64,000 bases of DNA from the NCBI RefSeq assembly GCF_018350175.1, contig NC_058368.1, positions 202,680,001 to 202,744,000 of the forward strand, in the 5' to 3' direction. The notes under the pieces were generated by a model, which was not told the DNA's origin, did not search any database, and saw nothing but the letters and a program-made list of their open reading frames with translations. The first letter of the stretch is position 1; the number at the start of each line of letters is the position of its first letter. This document shows, one piece after another, positions 13,373 through 26,730 of the stretch. The translations under genes were made by a program, and so were the position numbers. The DNA is from Felis catus (Eukaryota).

Positions 13373-14189
13373 GGGCAACATGACCTTATTTTATAAGTAA
13401 CAATGAATTTCACTTTAAGAAACTTAACCCTTTCAACCAAACGGGGCTGGTTATTTTTGTCAGCAGCCATATGCAATTCCAAAGTTTATGAGGTTGGGTG
13501 TTTCAGCTTTATCATGTCCTATTTTTCCTAATTGGATAACTCCATTAAAACATGAACAAAAAATTATCTATGTATACTCAATATATTTTTAAATAACTTA
13601 AAATTTTCCAATAATTTAAGAGCTAATTCGACAAAGGCAGGGATATCTTTGTGTGTATGTGGGCATGACCATTTAGTTGCATAGGGACCCACTTCCAGAA
13701 GGACCTTGTGCTTGTTATAAAGCTCCGCTGCTGCTATCTCGATATTCTCAATAACTTTATCTGTGAATTTATGTTCTGTAAATGAAGTTCACTGGGACAG
13801 TGGAGCATGAACATGACCATGAGCATTGGAGCTTCAGGGGGCCACTCTGCATACACAGGTTCAGACCCGCAGGCAAAGCGGGCAATGCAGAAGCCAAGCA
13901 ATTGGCCTGACAGCAAGGTGCACATCTGCCTGCCTCCGCAGTCTGGGATGCTGTGTCCCCAGTGTGGCCAAGCCAGAACTGGGCCAGATTACCAGTGGCA
14001 ACAGCAACCCCCAAAGCAACAGCAGCGAAAGCAGCAAGTGGAAGAGGTAGGAGCGGCTCCCCCACTGCCGGCAGGGACAGGAATCTTGGTGAGAGGACAG
14101 CTGCCTATCAGTCCCAGGATCCCATCCCTGCAGTATCTACACGAACATTAAATCTGCCTAAATCCCAAAATAATGCTTGCATAACTCAG

Positions 14190-15267
14190 ATGGTAAACTT
14201 TGTCAGCAAATTATTACAAAGTTAAGGTGTATACATGGATATTGCAATAAAGCACATCAGGGAGTTATTAGAATTTTTCACAGTTTACAATGTCCAGTTT
14301 TGAAAACTCCTGCAACATTGCAAAGCAAATATCCACCAGCCTAGAAATACAGATTAAATTTAAAGATCATCGTATTTGATGGAAAATAACACTATTTTCA
14401 TATGAAACTCTAAATGAACCGATGAATAGCAGAAAAAGGATTTTTTTGTATAATTTTACCTTATAATTGAAAATAAAGGAATAAAATACATAAACAGGTA
14501 TTTTGGATTATATACGAATTATGAAACTACTTTTGGTTTCTTGCACAACCTCAGCGAGTTATAGGAAATGTCAGAGGTAATATTAAAATGTCAGTGCATA
14601 CATTTACATTAAATTCAACATATAGACAGTGTAAAGGATCTTTGTTGTGATGGAATTGTTCTGTATCTTGACTGTGGTGAGGAATACGCAAACTTATACG
14701 TGCGTTAAAATTGTATAAAACTTAAGTACACACACTAACAAGCACCTTAAATCAGTGAAATATGAGTGAGATCAATGGATAGTACCCATGTCAATTTCCT
14801 GGTTGTAACATTGTACATACTTTGCAGGATGTTACTATTTTGGATGAAAGGTGCATGGGTTCTCTATTATTTCTAAAAATTTGCATGTTAATCTATACTT
14901 ATCTTAAAGTAGAAAGTTTAATTAAAAATCACATTCATACATGAAACTAGTTTGTATAGAGTTAAATCTTCATTGAAAAATGTTCCATTAGAATCATCAG
15001 CTCCAGATGTACTAAAATTTATGTTAAATCAGAAATTTATGCCAATGTTATCATAATCTATAGAATATTCTAAGTAGTTCCAGTAATAGGTGCATCAACA
15101 GAAAGATCTTTCTTAAAATTTCTCAGAAACTATCAGAAATTATTTGTGATCTTACCTTAGCCAAAACAAGTGATGTCACTTACAGTTTTATAGTTGAAAA
15201 TGAAATTGCTAATTGTAAAAATGTTGATGACCTAAGAAATGGATTTGCAGAAAATTAAACCAGAAAA
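14190..15267 (+). pseudogene. Decayed hAT transposase C-terminal half, including dimerization domain
   Basis: Broken frames: SSFENSCNIAKQISTSLEIQIKFKDHRI*WKITLFSYETLNEP; VPVIGASTERSFLK (cf. hATC PVTxASxERSFS); ENEIANCKNVDDLRNGFAEN*TRK. Has stops, frameshifts and an L1 insertion. Confidence 0.8.
14625..14928 (+). mobile_element. L1MD-like 3' end inserted in the hAT fossil
   Basis: tgtgatggaattgttctgtatcttgactgtggtg...tgtcaatttcctggttgt...tgcatgttaatcta...aaagtttaattaaaaa. Confidence 0.8.
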
Positions 15268-16322
15268 ATTATATGATCAATATATCACAATAATACAGTA
15301 TTTCTATTTATCATATTATATATAACTATGACACAAAAATATTATTTTTTGAAATATATAAATTTATGTTGTTATTCATCTATCACTATTACTATCATAA
15401 GTAATAAAATATTTTAAAGGAAGATTTAGTATCTATTATTATCTTTAACAGCACTTTTTTCTTACATTTTGAACTAATGGATCCCAAATTTTCATTTTGC
15501 ACTGGACCTCATAAATTTTGTAAGTCTTGGGCCAGGAACTTGATACAAATTGATCCAAATAGTCCTTTAAATTTTATCAAAGGGTAGATAAGATATATTG
15601 AATAGCTTATTTTTGTAGAATAGAGTTTGGAGTAAATTTTTGAAAGCTTTCAGAAATTGCATCCAGTAACTAATCTCAGAAGTCAGCTCTTTTTTTTCCA
15701 GAGGGTTTGCCAAGATATTATTTTGCTTATTTTATTTTATAAAAAGCCAACAAGATTCATCCATCATCAATCCTGACATTTGAATCCCAATCTACATTAC
15801 CCTGAAAGAGGACTTCAAGGAAGTCTTTCCATTTATCAGACCTGCGTTGCCAAAATGTTTGTGTATGTTTCATTTAAGAAGTATAGAATTAAGGACTATG
15901 CAAATATATCCATTTGGATTTTAAATGTAAACATCGTAGTTTTGATAAAAATTCCTATACATAGACCCATCAACTTCATACTTACCTGCAACATTTCTCA
16001 TCTTGCAAATACGTTGCAAGAAAATGACCACATTTCCTTGAAACTTTGGAGTCAGTCTATCAGCATTCATTCTCGGCATTTTTATATGACAGTCACACCA
16101 TTGTCCCAAAAGGAATTTTAGTTTTAAAGACAACAAACCTAAAACTGACTGGAATGCATATATTATCAGTCGATTATTTCTGTTTCCTAGTGGTAGGCAA
16201 GTTTTGGAAACCGCAGGTCATTTGAGTAGCAATTAAATGTTCCATTACAAGGATGTTTCTCCATACTCGTTACTCTATAATGTTTTTGTGTACGGGTCAT
16301 ACTCACTTTTTATTCTGCCATC

Positions 16323-16611
<289 letters not shown>

Positions 16612-18039
16612 TAGCTAGTTTGTAAATTGAATTAATAGTGTTCACAGTAACTAAACCATTATTCTGTCAAAAACATAATGAAACAAAATGGATAAAACAG
16701 GAAAACACAGTCTGTTTTGATATTTTAAGGTTGCTCTAAGATGCTTGCTATATAGTTATTTGTTTTCAATTTATTTGTTGAATAACGTTTTTAAATCTGA
16801 ATTTACATTCACAGAAAAAACAGTTACATGTTTCAGAATGCATTAAGCTGATTTAAAGTATTATCATCGATCACGTTCTATCATACTTCCACAGTAAAAT
16901 AATATAACGCCTCCTCTAATGTATGTTAGAAAAATGTTAGCGATTAAATGAAAACAGGCAGCCATTGCACATGTCCCTCTGTTTCTCTGCATTACAATCA
17001 TAATTTATATTATAATCCATATGCTTAGCTGAACATATGTTGCTCTTATATCTAGATAAGTCACCACACCCTCTAGTCTTAAAAATGCATATTAACAGCT
17101 GCTGTCGTGCATTCTTCTGCACAATGTGTTAATTAAAATGATTGCAGCTCTAAACTTTTCTCAAGAGAGAGAAAAGTAAATATATGCAATGATACATTCA
17201 TTGGATTTTTTTTTCATATGCTGAATTACTTTCGCTGGGGCTAAACTTTGGATAGTCAGACAGTAACTGTATACTCGACCAAACATCCTTAACTTTTTGA
17301 CAGATAAAGAGTATTTCCTAACTGAAGGAAGATTTCATACTGCAGAAGTTTAGTTAAACATGGCAAACTATATAGTATACACCTTGCCAAAGAGCATTTC
17401 TCGAAGCAATGGCTAAAATAGTTCTAGAATAATTCTAGTGAGTGATAACCAGCTTAGACTTATAATTACTTACAAAATAGCCAAAGATTGTTTCAGTTGT
17501 TGTTTTATTTACAGACATTTTCAACACTATAATCACACAATACGAGAAAAGGAACCCAGATACTTTATTTCCCTTGAATGTAATGACACTGCCATCGACT
17601 ACTGCGATGAGCAAGTTGGTATTTTGTTACTGAAATAATGAAGAGGTGAACCACCAAAATTGCTTCAAGGTTCATTTTAAAATAAAGCCTCCAATTAAAC
17701 TGGAAAAAAAAACAAAGCACATAGTAAGGGAGAGGAGACTTCATACAATGGTGACTTTGACTGAAAATTGTATACTCGAAGGAATTTGGGCTAACATAAT
17801 GGGGATTTAAGATAAGATTGCAGCAAGGTGTATGTTGCTATTATACTGTTTTTTTCTCTTTCAGTTGATACTGCTTTAGAAAAAAATGCTCTTTTCCCAT
17901 CTCCTTCTCGCTGCATCATTGGTACCTATTTTTCTTAAAACCAAATCTTCAATTTCTGGTATTGCGTTTATTACCATTGCACTGCATGTTAGGTGAATTC
18001 ACTATTTTTGTTTTTAGACCTGCTTTAAAGCCAGGCTTA

Positions 18040-18283
18040 GGGGCGCCTGGGTGGCTCAGTCAGTTAAGTTTCCAACTTCAGCTCAGGTCATGATCTTGTG
18101 GTTCGTGAGTTCGAGCCCTGCATCAGGCTGTATGCTGACAGCATGGAGCCTGTAGCCTGCTTGGGATTCTGTGTCTCCCTCTCTCTCTGCCCTTACCCCA
18201 CTCGTGGTCCGTCTGTCTCTCTGTCTGTCTCTCTCTCTCTCTGAAAAATAAATAAACATTAAAAATTAAAAAAAAATAAAAAC
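18040..18283 (+). mobile_element. CAN-SINE
   Basis: TSD aaagccaggctta (18027-18039) / aaagccaggttta (18284-18296). Confidence 0.95.
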
Positions 18284-18482
18284 AAAGCCAGGTTTAACTT
18301 GGAAACCCAATTAATTCAACTACGCAATCATAGACATTTATAAGCAAAAATGTTATGATGCCTGCAATAATAAAAATCGTCAAGTTCTTGATATTACAAG
18401 GGCTTAATAGAAGGCAAGCATACTGAGGTAATCCTTTGTTACTTTTTTGACATATGGTACAATCTACACAGAAAGAGCTGAT

Positions 18483-18487
<5 letters not shown>

Positions 18488-18527
<40 letters not shown>
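18488..18527. repeat. (TA)n microsatellite
   Basis: Seen directly. Confidence 0.97.
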
Positions 18528-18529
<2 letters not shown>

Positions 18530-18872
18530 CCTTATTCTGAATGTTTCCTAAACTAGAGTTATACAATATATGACCTTTTAAATGTTTTCAAAGTTCATCA
18601 AAATTGTATCATATATCAGTGTTTAGTTACCTTTTTTTGGCTCATTTATATCCCATTGTATGGATATAATATATTTGTTTATCCATTTATCAGTCGATGG
18701 ACATTTGAGTTGTTTCCTCCTCTGGCTGTTGTGAATAGAGCTGCTGTTAAAATTTGAGTACAAGTGTAATATGAGTATCTGTTTTCATTGCTTTTAAGCA
18801 TGCACCTACGAGTGGAATTGCTGGGTCATATAACAATTTTATGTTTATCTTTTTGACAAGCTGCTTTTTCTT
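18530..18872 (-). mobile_element. Old L1 ORF2-end fragment
   Basis: Minus frame contains LLYDPAIPLVG, plus tttatccatttatcagtcgatggacatttgagttgtttcc. Confidence 0.85.
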
Positions 18873-19374
18873 GTAGTTAATATTTGTCTTTAAGTGTATT
18901 AGAACCATCTCCATGGATGACTGTAAAATTAATATCGATATTATTTTCACTGATGTTATTTTTCATCAAAAATAATTTTATATTTTTGAGGCAAAAGAAA
19001 GAGCTCCAATACATTTTATAGTAGTCATTCAGGTTGCACTGGTTCAACCCACCTAATCTGGCCCCAGAATTCATTCCTCGACATTGTCTGTTGTCTCTCC
19101 ATCACTTGCCCTACAGTTTGGCTGCAGTAAAAGTATTGATCAAAGCTAGTCTAGTGCACTACTGTATGCTCTAATCTACTGCAAGTTATCCAGCCTACTG
19201 TGTATGTCTGGAATCTCAGGGTCATTTAATTCTGTCTTCCTAGGGAACATCTGTTCGTTCTTGCTTTCCCAACCTGAAGTCGTTCTATCATCCTAAGCAG
19301 TAGCATTAGGTCCTCTGATTTTGAGATCCTTATCTACACAATTTCCCAATGATAGTAATCTGAAAGGGCTAGAG

Positions 19375-19420
19375 TGTCGTCATCATCATCACTGTCACCA
19401 CCATCATCATCATCATTATT
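19375..19420. repeat. Imperfect (CAT)n repeat
   Basis: Seen directly. Confidence 0.85.
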
Positions 19421-19913
19421 TTCACTCTTGACCAAAAAAAAAATATGATGTAGCATTGCAGATTAAACTCTGACTTGAGTCACACTGTATGCTGCTGATT
19501 TCATGGGGTATCATGTTTTGTATTCTGATATTTCAGACAGCTACATTTTCCCCTTCTGCCAGATAAGGTGACTTTAAAGCATGAGACAGGTGGCATTTAA
19601 AATGTGCCTCTCCTGATGCTCTGCTCTGGATTACTAGCAGGCTTCATAGTTTCTGTAACTGGGATATTGAACAAGCTCAATTTCAGAAATAACCAAAAGC
19701 AATCATATTTTTTGTCTCCAACTGTTTATTTAACAAAAGGGTCATTTTTTTCTGAACAAATAAAATTCCTCCAAGATCTTTTTGGGGCTAGACCAGGAAT
19801 TAGAACATACTCCATAGGCTCTCTTCTCTCTCCTGTTAGAAGCCTATTAGGAGCTACTATTTGTCACTAGGGAGAAGACACAAGGAGGGATTAAAGGGAA
19901 GGGAAGAGGCAGT

Positions 19914-19954
19914 ATTTTGTTGTTGTCGTTGTTGTTTTTAGTTTATTTATTTTG

Positions 19955-19997
<43 letters not shown>

Positions 19998-20157
19998 CAT
20001 GCACGGGAGGGACACAGAGAGAGAGAGAATCCCAAAGCAGGCTCCACACTGTGAGTGTGGACCCCGATGCGGGGCTTGAACTCACAAACCATGAGATCAT
20101 GACCTGAGCTGAAACCAAGAGTTAGACGCTTAACCGACTGAGCCACATAGGAGCCCC
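19914..20157 (-). mobile_element. CAN-SINE, antisense
   Basis: Reverse SINE with (GA)n and (TTG)n tail. Flanking repeat ggaagaggcagt / ggaagaagcagt. Confidence 0.94.
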
Positions 20158-20864
20158 AGGAAGAAGCAGTTTTAATCCCTTGCTAGATGTGTTATGCTAG
20201 TGTTCTTTGATGGGTATGGCAGATGATTAAAGCTGACACTTCTTTATGAGATCCTTTGGGCTCTTCAGGTAACACCCCCTGAGTCTCCCTCCTGCACTTC
20301 CTTAGTCCTGTGAAATCCGGAAGTTATCTCCAACCTCCTTCTGCTCTGGGCTCCTTGCTTTGCCAGGTGGTACTCTTGGACAGGACCCAAGATGTAAAGC
20401 TGGCTCCCTGTGTGGCTCAGATCTGGTCCACAGAGAAGCACTCCTGCGTCCCTCTCTTCACCCATCCCTCAGTGTTCTGCCTCCTACCACCAAAGCGACG
20501 AGGATCCTGTGTCTAGCCTTCCCCAATTCTTTGGCAGGAATCAGACCCTGTCCACAAGTTAATTCTGTGTTCTTATACATGACTCCCAACAATATGATCT
20601 TATTTCAGAGATACCCAAGTGGTTTTCTTGAAGGTGTCTCCCCAGGTAGAGTGTTAGAAGGTAGCCCTCCCACCCTCTATCCCAAAGGGGGCTGAGAAAG
20701 GGACTCAGAACAATCACTCTCTCTGAAGAAACCTGCTCAGGAAAATTCTCATTCTACCTTCTTGACGTCTGTGGAGCTCTGATGGAATTGAGACCTCCTG
20801 GAGGCTTTATCCTTGCATCACCATTTACTTTTATAAACCAGCATATGAAAGACCACTTTATACA

Positions 20865-20970
20865 GGCTGTTTGTAGTTAAGTTCTGGAGGAGTCAAAAGT
20901 TATGTGCAGATTTTCAACTGTGCTGTGGGGTCACCACCCTTAACCCCCATGCTATTTCAAGGGTCACCTG
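20865..20970. mobile_element. Tigger2-family (Tc1/mariner) terminal fragment
   Basis: ggagtcaaaagttatgtgcagattttcaactg...taacccccatgctatttcaagggtcacctg followed by TA. Confidence 0.75.
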
Positions 20971-21135
20971 TACATATAAATGTTCCCTAGTCAACTGTTT
21001 GGAAATGTTGATTGAAAAATTCATCAGAGTATGGTTTCTTTGGATAAATGTGTGCACCTTGAACATTTAATTTGTTGTCTCTGCCCTCCGTGCCAAACCC
21101 CCCCCATGTATTTTTAAGTGGTTAAAACGTACTTT

Positions 21136-21346
21136 GGGGGCACATGAGTGGCTCAGTCAGTTAAGTGTCCAGCTCTTTATTTCGGCTCAGGTCATAATCT
21201 CATGGGTTCATGAGTTCGAGCCCAAATTGGGCTCCATGCTGACAGCCCTCCCCTGCTCATGCCTGCTCTCTCTCTCTTTCAGAATAAATAAACTTAAATA
21301 AAATAAAATAAAATAAAATAAAATAAAATAAAATAAAATAAAATAA
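21136..21346 (+). mobile_element. CAN-SINE with internal deletion and (TAAAA)n tail
   Basis: Head intact. gctgacagc joins directly to cctcccctgctc, so the ggagcctgct...tctctctg block is missing. Confidence 0.9.
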
Positions 21347-21414
21347 TTGTATAAAACAATTAAATTAAAAATTAGATATTTGGAAAATACCTATCTAGAA
21401 AAACTCCCCAAAGT

Positions 21415-21626
21415 ATGCCTGGGTGGCTGTTAGTTAAGCATCCAACTTCAGCTCAGGTCATGATCTCACAGTTTGCAAATTCGAGCCCCACATCGGGCCC
21501 TGAGACAGCATGGAGCCTGGAGCCTGCTTGGAATTCTTGGAATTCTCCCTCTCTCTCTGCCCATCCCTTGCTTTTACTCTGTCTCTTTCTCTCTCTCAAA
21601 AATAAATAAACATTAAAAAAAAATTT
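21415..21626 (+). mobile_element. CAN-SINE
   Basis: Perfect 19-bp TSD tagaaaaactccccaaagt (21396-21414 / 21627-21645). Confidence 0.95.
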
Positions 21627-24600
21627 TAGAAAAACTCCCCAAAGTGATGAGTATTCCTTTTTTTTTTTCTTTTTTAACTGACGTTGGGTAGTTACTCTCT
21701 TTTTTGATAGGTCTGCAGTTCACCTACTCTTCAGGAGATGAAACTGCTTTTCATCATCCTGTGCCTTTGTACTACTGCAACTTAGTTCTAACACTTGGGC
21801 ACCTCCAGGGAGCCTACTACTATTTTTAGACTTGTCACTCGCCTTCCTGTCATATAATTATAGTAATAGCAGCTTTTAGGTGTACAGTTTTCCCTCTGTA
21901 ATAAGGAAGAATTACAACATAAAACACATCATGAACTTAGAATAAGAAAAACTTTCAACTCACCTTGGTAGACGTAATGTACATGAAAGATATTTAATGT
22001 AAAATTTGAATATGACTGAAGAATCATGTTAATTATATGAGGAAATTATCACATTGAAATACCTTTATACACTGAATAGCTTCCTGAATCCAGGAAGCAG
22101 AGCGTATAAATCCAAGACAGGTGCAGGAATGATTTGTTTAAATAGACCATGCTTTCTAATGGTAGAGCCCAAGACAGTGAGCCAGTGCTACTCCAGGCTT
22201 CAAATATTGATTATATTATATAAATTTTTAAAAATTACATATTCTCAATTTAATAATGATAAGAAATTTAAAAGCTAAATTTATCCAAAAGAACAATGAT
22301 ACAATTTTCTTCATCTTAGCATGGGTTTATATGACTCTCATGAAAGGCCCTTTGGACTAAGAAGGTATGGTTTGATAGAAGTAGTTTCTCACTCATAAAA
22401 GTGAGTTGTATGTAATCCTATATGCAGCCATATTGAATTATACAGTTTTATGTAATCATAGCAACAACATAATATCCTAAACCTAGTCGGTCCAGGAAAA
22501 TGTTTTTTTTCTTGATTTTAATTCATAATCCATAAATCCTTATTTTTTCCTTGTAAACGAAAAACTATTAAGGGGACTATCGCATACATTTCTTAATCCA
22601 TAGAAATCTTTTTCTTGTTTAATCAGCCTAATCTCCCAAAGTTGTGTAAGCTAATGGTATGACCAAAGACAAAAAGCTAAGCACCAAGACCTCCTCTCAT
22701 TTTCAATCCACTCAAATCCCATTTGCAATAAAGAGATTTCACATCAGTTAAAGTTACTATGGTTAATGTAGATATTTTATCGGTAATACACCCTTCCAAA
22801 AGAATTTGGGTGAAGGACAGATGATGCCATATCAACTTTTAAATTCTTACAAATCTCTCCACCAAACTTCATTTCCAGGCAAATAAATTTTTCTCAACAA
22901 ACTAAATGAGTCTGACCTGTTATACCCTTCACCCTACCCCTTTATATATTTTTACCCCTTTCACTATTTACATGGGTTGTGCCCTTCTCTTGGGAGAGCT
23001 GTGACATCTTCTGTGATCATCTCAACCTATAGTAACTTGTTTATTGTATCTATTTTATCTGTCCAGGGGAGTATAAGCACCATGATGGGAACACTTGTTT
23101 CTCAACTTTTGTGTAGCTCAGCCCTATACACAGAAACCTCAGTATTATGATGCTGAGGTTACAACAGTACGCAGAAGGGACAGTGAGGATTTAGAATGTT
23201 TACTGGTCTGGCCTTTATTCTAACATAAATAGGAATAACAGTTCACAATTTGAACTTTTCTGAATGCTGTCACTTGAGGATACATAACACATCTTTTAAA
23301 AGTTATGTGGTTTATTTACTTATACATAAGCGTACTGTAAAGATCTTGCTTCATGTTACAGCACTTACTTGCTTATGTATTATATGTATGTATTTAGCTT
23401 AAACACAGATGAAAACTTAATTTTCAATATGCTTTCTCCTCTGGAATTCTGAGATTGATTTCTCTGTAAGTAAAAGGTACATTATCAAAGTGTCTTTCAT
23501 CAGGGTTGAAGCAATTTCTTTGTTTCTGGGTTGATCAGGAAGGTGTTCTCCTTTAGGACATGATGGAACCCATTGTCTAGAAAAGATGGATGGGTGAGTT
23601 CATCACTCTTGCCATGCAATTCTGAGTCTTCAAAAAAAAAAGACTCTATAACCAGAGCAAAGAGGAAAAATTTGGAGTAGTGAATATGATAGTTTGTAGG
23701 TAATGCTATTATTTTAAAAAGAAAGGAAGAACATTTACATCCTGCTTTTCAACCTATCTTCATTATCAAGAAATTTAGTCAGTTGAGCTGCTAGTTTGGT
23801 TTACTGATTTTGTGGGCTGTGTTAGTATTTATCCTCAGAAAAGCAAAGAGGCTTTGAAGTTATAACGATCTTGACCTTGGAAAATCAATTTGACCCAATG
23901 CTTAAATTAAAAATGGCTGGATGCCTTCATTTTCATTGGGAACATTCTTAGGAGGAAGATGTAGCTCTAAAATCCATGTGCATTCAGCAAAATGTTTCAC
24001 TTGCTTTTTCTTCCTTCTTCGTAAAGTCTTCCTTCCTTTACAAATGAGAATGCCACGAACACAACTCCCACATGGTTCCTTAATTAGTCAAAAAGATTTC
24101 CAATGCTGCTATACCATATACTTTTTGCTTCCCAGGAGCTGAATTTAACATACTCCGGTATGTTAAAGTGGTAGTATTGCCAAATGTTCTCAGGCCAAGG
24201 AGATCCTAAGACTGGGGATATCTTTGAGATTTTCTCCTAGGAACATAGCCAGTGCAGTAGCCCTGGGGTTAGCTTCATTTGACCACTTGAGCTGCTAACA
24301 AACCAGGCTCCTGGCAGAATGATGATGCTTTATTTTCAGCAGAGAAAAATGTTTTACACTAAGTACTGTTATAATGATAGGAGCAAGTAAAGGGAGAGAG
24401 TTTGAAGCTGTTAATTTAACTAAGGTGAAAAATAGAAATTTGCCAATTGTAAATCTCTTATACCACCAACTTTCAACCAACCTTTATATTTTAATATATT
24501 CTATGAGGAGATATGATATCCCTTTTCACTCAATGATACTTTCTATACCAATATTCCACTTATAGACCGAAATTTCCCTTACCTTTGCTGTAGGTATTCA

Positions 24601-25669
24601 TGGTTCCAGGGCTGCACAATGTGACAAAAATTGGCCCTTAGCAATCCTTCATTTAATTCTTTGCAGTTTACATTTATCATTTGTAGCTCATCTAACAGCT
24701 TCTTGTAATGGCTCTAAAGTAGAGTTGCATTTTTTATCCTTTTTCTTTTTTGATTGATCTACTGACTTAATTCTTTTAGAAATGTTTGAATTTTCATTTG
24801 AATTTGTACTCCCCAAAGTTCTCTTTCAAGTATTGTGCTATATTGTTTTTTTGTCCCTTATATATCGTAAGACATAAATACATTAGTAAGCACTTTCACA
24901 GGGCAGAAGCTTGGTCACCAGAGATCCATTAGTCTGGCAAGAACCCACAATGGATAATAATTACTGAATGTAACTTGTATTTGCTTAGTCAGATCATGGG
25001 GTCACATTTGAAATAGGCCTTAAAGAATGCAGGATCTCCTTGGCCTGAGAACATTGGGCAACACAACCACTTTAAAGTACATTAAATTCAGCTCCTGGGA
25101 ATCAACAGGCAGAGATAGTCACTATGAGAAAAATGTCCCAGAAAAGAGCCCTAATTTTGTGAAGATTGCTGGAAGACAGGAATAAAATCTACAAAGGCCC
25201 AGAGGTGGATATATGTGGGAATATTGAATTGTCTAAGTTGAGTGAAGCAAAAACTACCTTGCTGGGGAAACTGTGAAATAATATTGGGTTATAGTCCACA
25301 TACAGTAGTTTTGAATGCGGAAATGATGAAATCGTACATTGGGGAAAGGATACCCACTGCAAAATTTTAGCAATGGGATGTAGTAATTGAAGCTGTCTTT
25401 TAGGAATGTAAATTAGCAGTGCATGAGATATGGTGTACTCTTAACCTAGACTATAAGGTTCCAAGATCAAGTAGATCACTACATAAATGCTTACTCTAGG
25501 TTAACACAACATATTAAACAGGAACAGGAATTCCGGGCTTATAAGTAAATAGGGACACTCTAGTTAATAAAACCATTGTAAATGACATTCTTTTTATAAG
25601 GAATTATAATCCAAATAGCCTCTAGAGATAAGGTGTTATGTGAGTCAGGTCCCAAATAGTCTATTTTTT

Positions 25670-26250
25670 TTAATCTGTTCAATACATATCTATCAAATAC
25701 TTACTATGTGTCAGGTCTGGTAATAGAGGCTAGGCATACAATGTGAACAAATAAATATGGTACTCTCCCTCATCAAGCTTCTTATAGTACAGTAGATGGG
25801 AGAGGGAGGGGCATGACACCCAGTAACAAGATTCGAAGAAAGCAGTGAACTCTTATAAAAATTTTCAAGTGCTATGAAACGAAATGTAAAGACGCAATAA
25901 GGGATTTTAAGAATTTGACATGATTCCTATGGGGTGCAGTGGGGGCGGGGAGAAGAAAAAAAGATTTATGAAGAAACCCAAAGAATGAGTAGAAGGGAGA
26001 GGGTGAAGTGAACAACATGAGGGAATGCACAGAGGTGTGAAAAGGTTTGCCATGATTCAAGAACACACAGGAAAGTGTGCTTAGAGCAGAGAAAAATGAA
26101 ATGGCTCTGGATGAGACTGAAGAGATTAACATGTGTCAAGTTGGGAGAACCTCACTGGCCTACTTGACCATGTTGTACTGTATCCTAACGGCTATGAGTC
26201 TTGTAAGAATTTGAAGCAGAAGAGAGGTATGATTAGATTTGAAATTTTTA
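25670..26250 (-). mobile_element. L2 fragment
   Basis: ttcaatacatatctatcaaatacttactatgtgtcagg...tgtgaacaa is an L2 3' end in reverse, followed by purine-rich L2 body. Confidence 0.7.
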
Positions 26251-26261
26251 AGAGTGTTCCA

Positions 26262-26730
26262 AGCCTCTTGTAGGCGGCATATAGATGGGTCTTTGTTTTT
26301 CAATCCATTCTGTCACACTATGCCTTTTGATTGGAGCGTTTAGTCCATTTACATTCAAAGTAATTATTAATAGGTATTTATTGTCATTTCATTGCTTGTT
26401 TTTTGGTTGTTTCTGAAGACTTTATCTGATTCTTTTTTGTCTTTCTCTTTTTCATGGTTTTCTGGTTTTCTTTCAAATGTCACATCTTCTTTATCCATTT
26501 GTCCATCATTGGACACTTGGGCGCTTCCATATTTTGGCTATTGAAAATAATGCTGCAGTAAACATTGGGGTGCATATATCCACTTAAATTAGTGTTTTCA
26601 TATTCTTTGGGTAATACCTAGTAGTGCAATTACTGGATCACATAATAATTCTATTTTTTAATTATTTGAGGAACCTCCATTCTGTTTTCCAAAGTTACTG
26701 TACTGGTTGCATTCCCACCAACAGTGCCTA
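26262..26730 (-). mobile_element. Two joined non-contiguous L1 fragments
   Basis: 26262-26474 is homologous to the ORF2-start region at about 48730-48900. 26481-26730 is homologous to the ORF2-end region at about 45190-45440. Confidence 0.85.

Larger units (their letters stand above)
13638..15529 (+). mobile_element. Near-complete MER45R-like hAT-Tip100 DNA transposon fossil with transposase remnants
   Basis: Left end caggga...gttgcatagggacccacttccagaaggacc...gaagttcactgggacagtggagcatg and right end ttttcattttgcactggacctcataaattttgta match recalled MER45 termini. The interior translates to hAT transposase pieces (VSKLLQS*GVYMDIAIKHIRELLEFF; PVIGASTERSFLK). Confidence 0.82.

Noticed and set aside
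13769..14225. Overlapping 74-114 aa ORFs with a Q-rich stretch
   Set aside because: They lie in the GC-rich interior of the hAT fossil, with no exon structure or recognisable protein. Only the last VNFVSKLLQS codons match transposase.
13630..15537. 8-bp TSD for the hAT fossil (gacaaagg / ggccagga)
   Set aside because: Similarity too weak to call.
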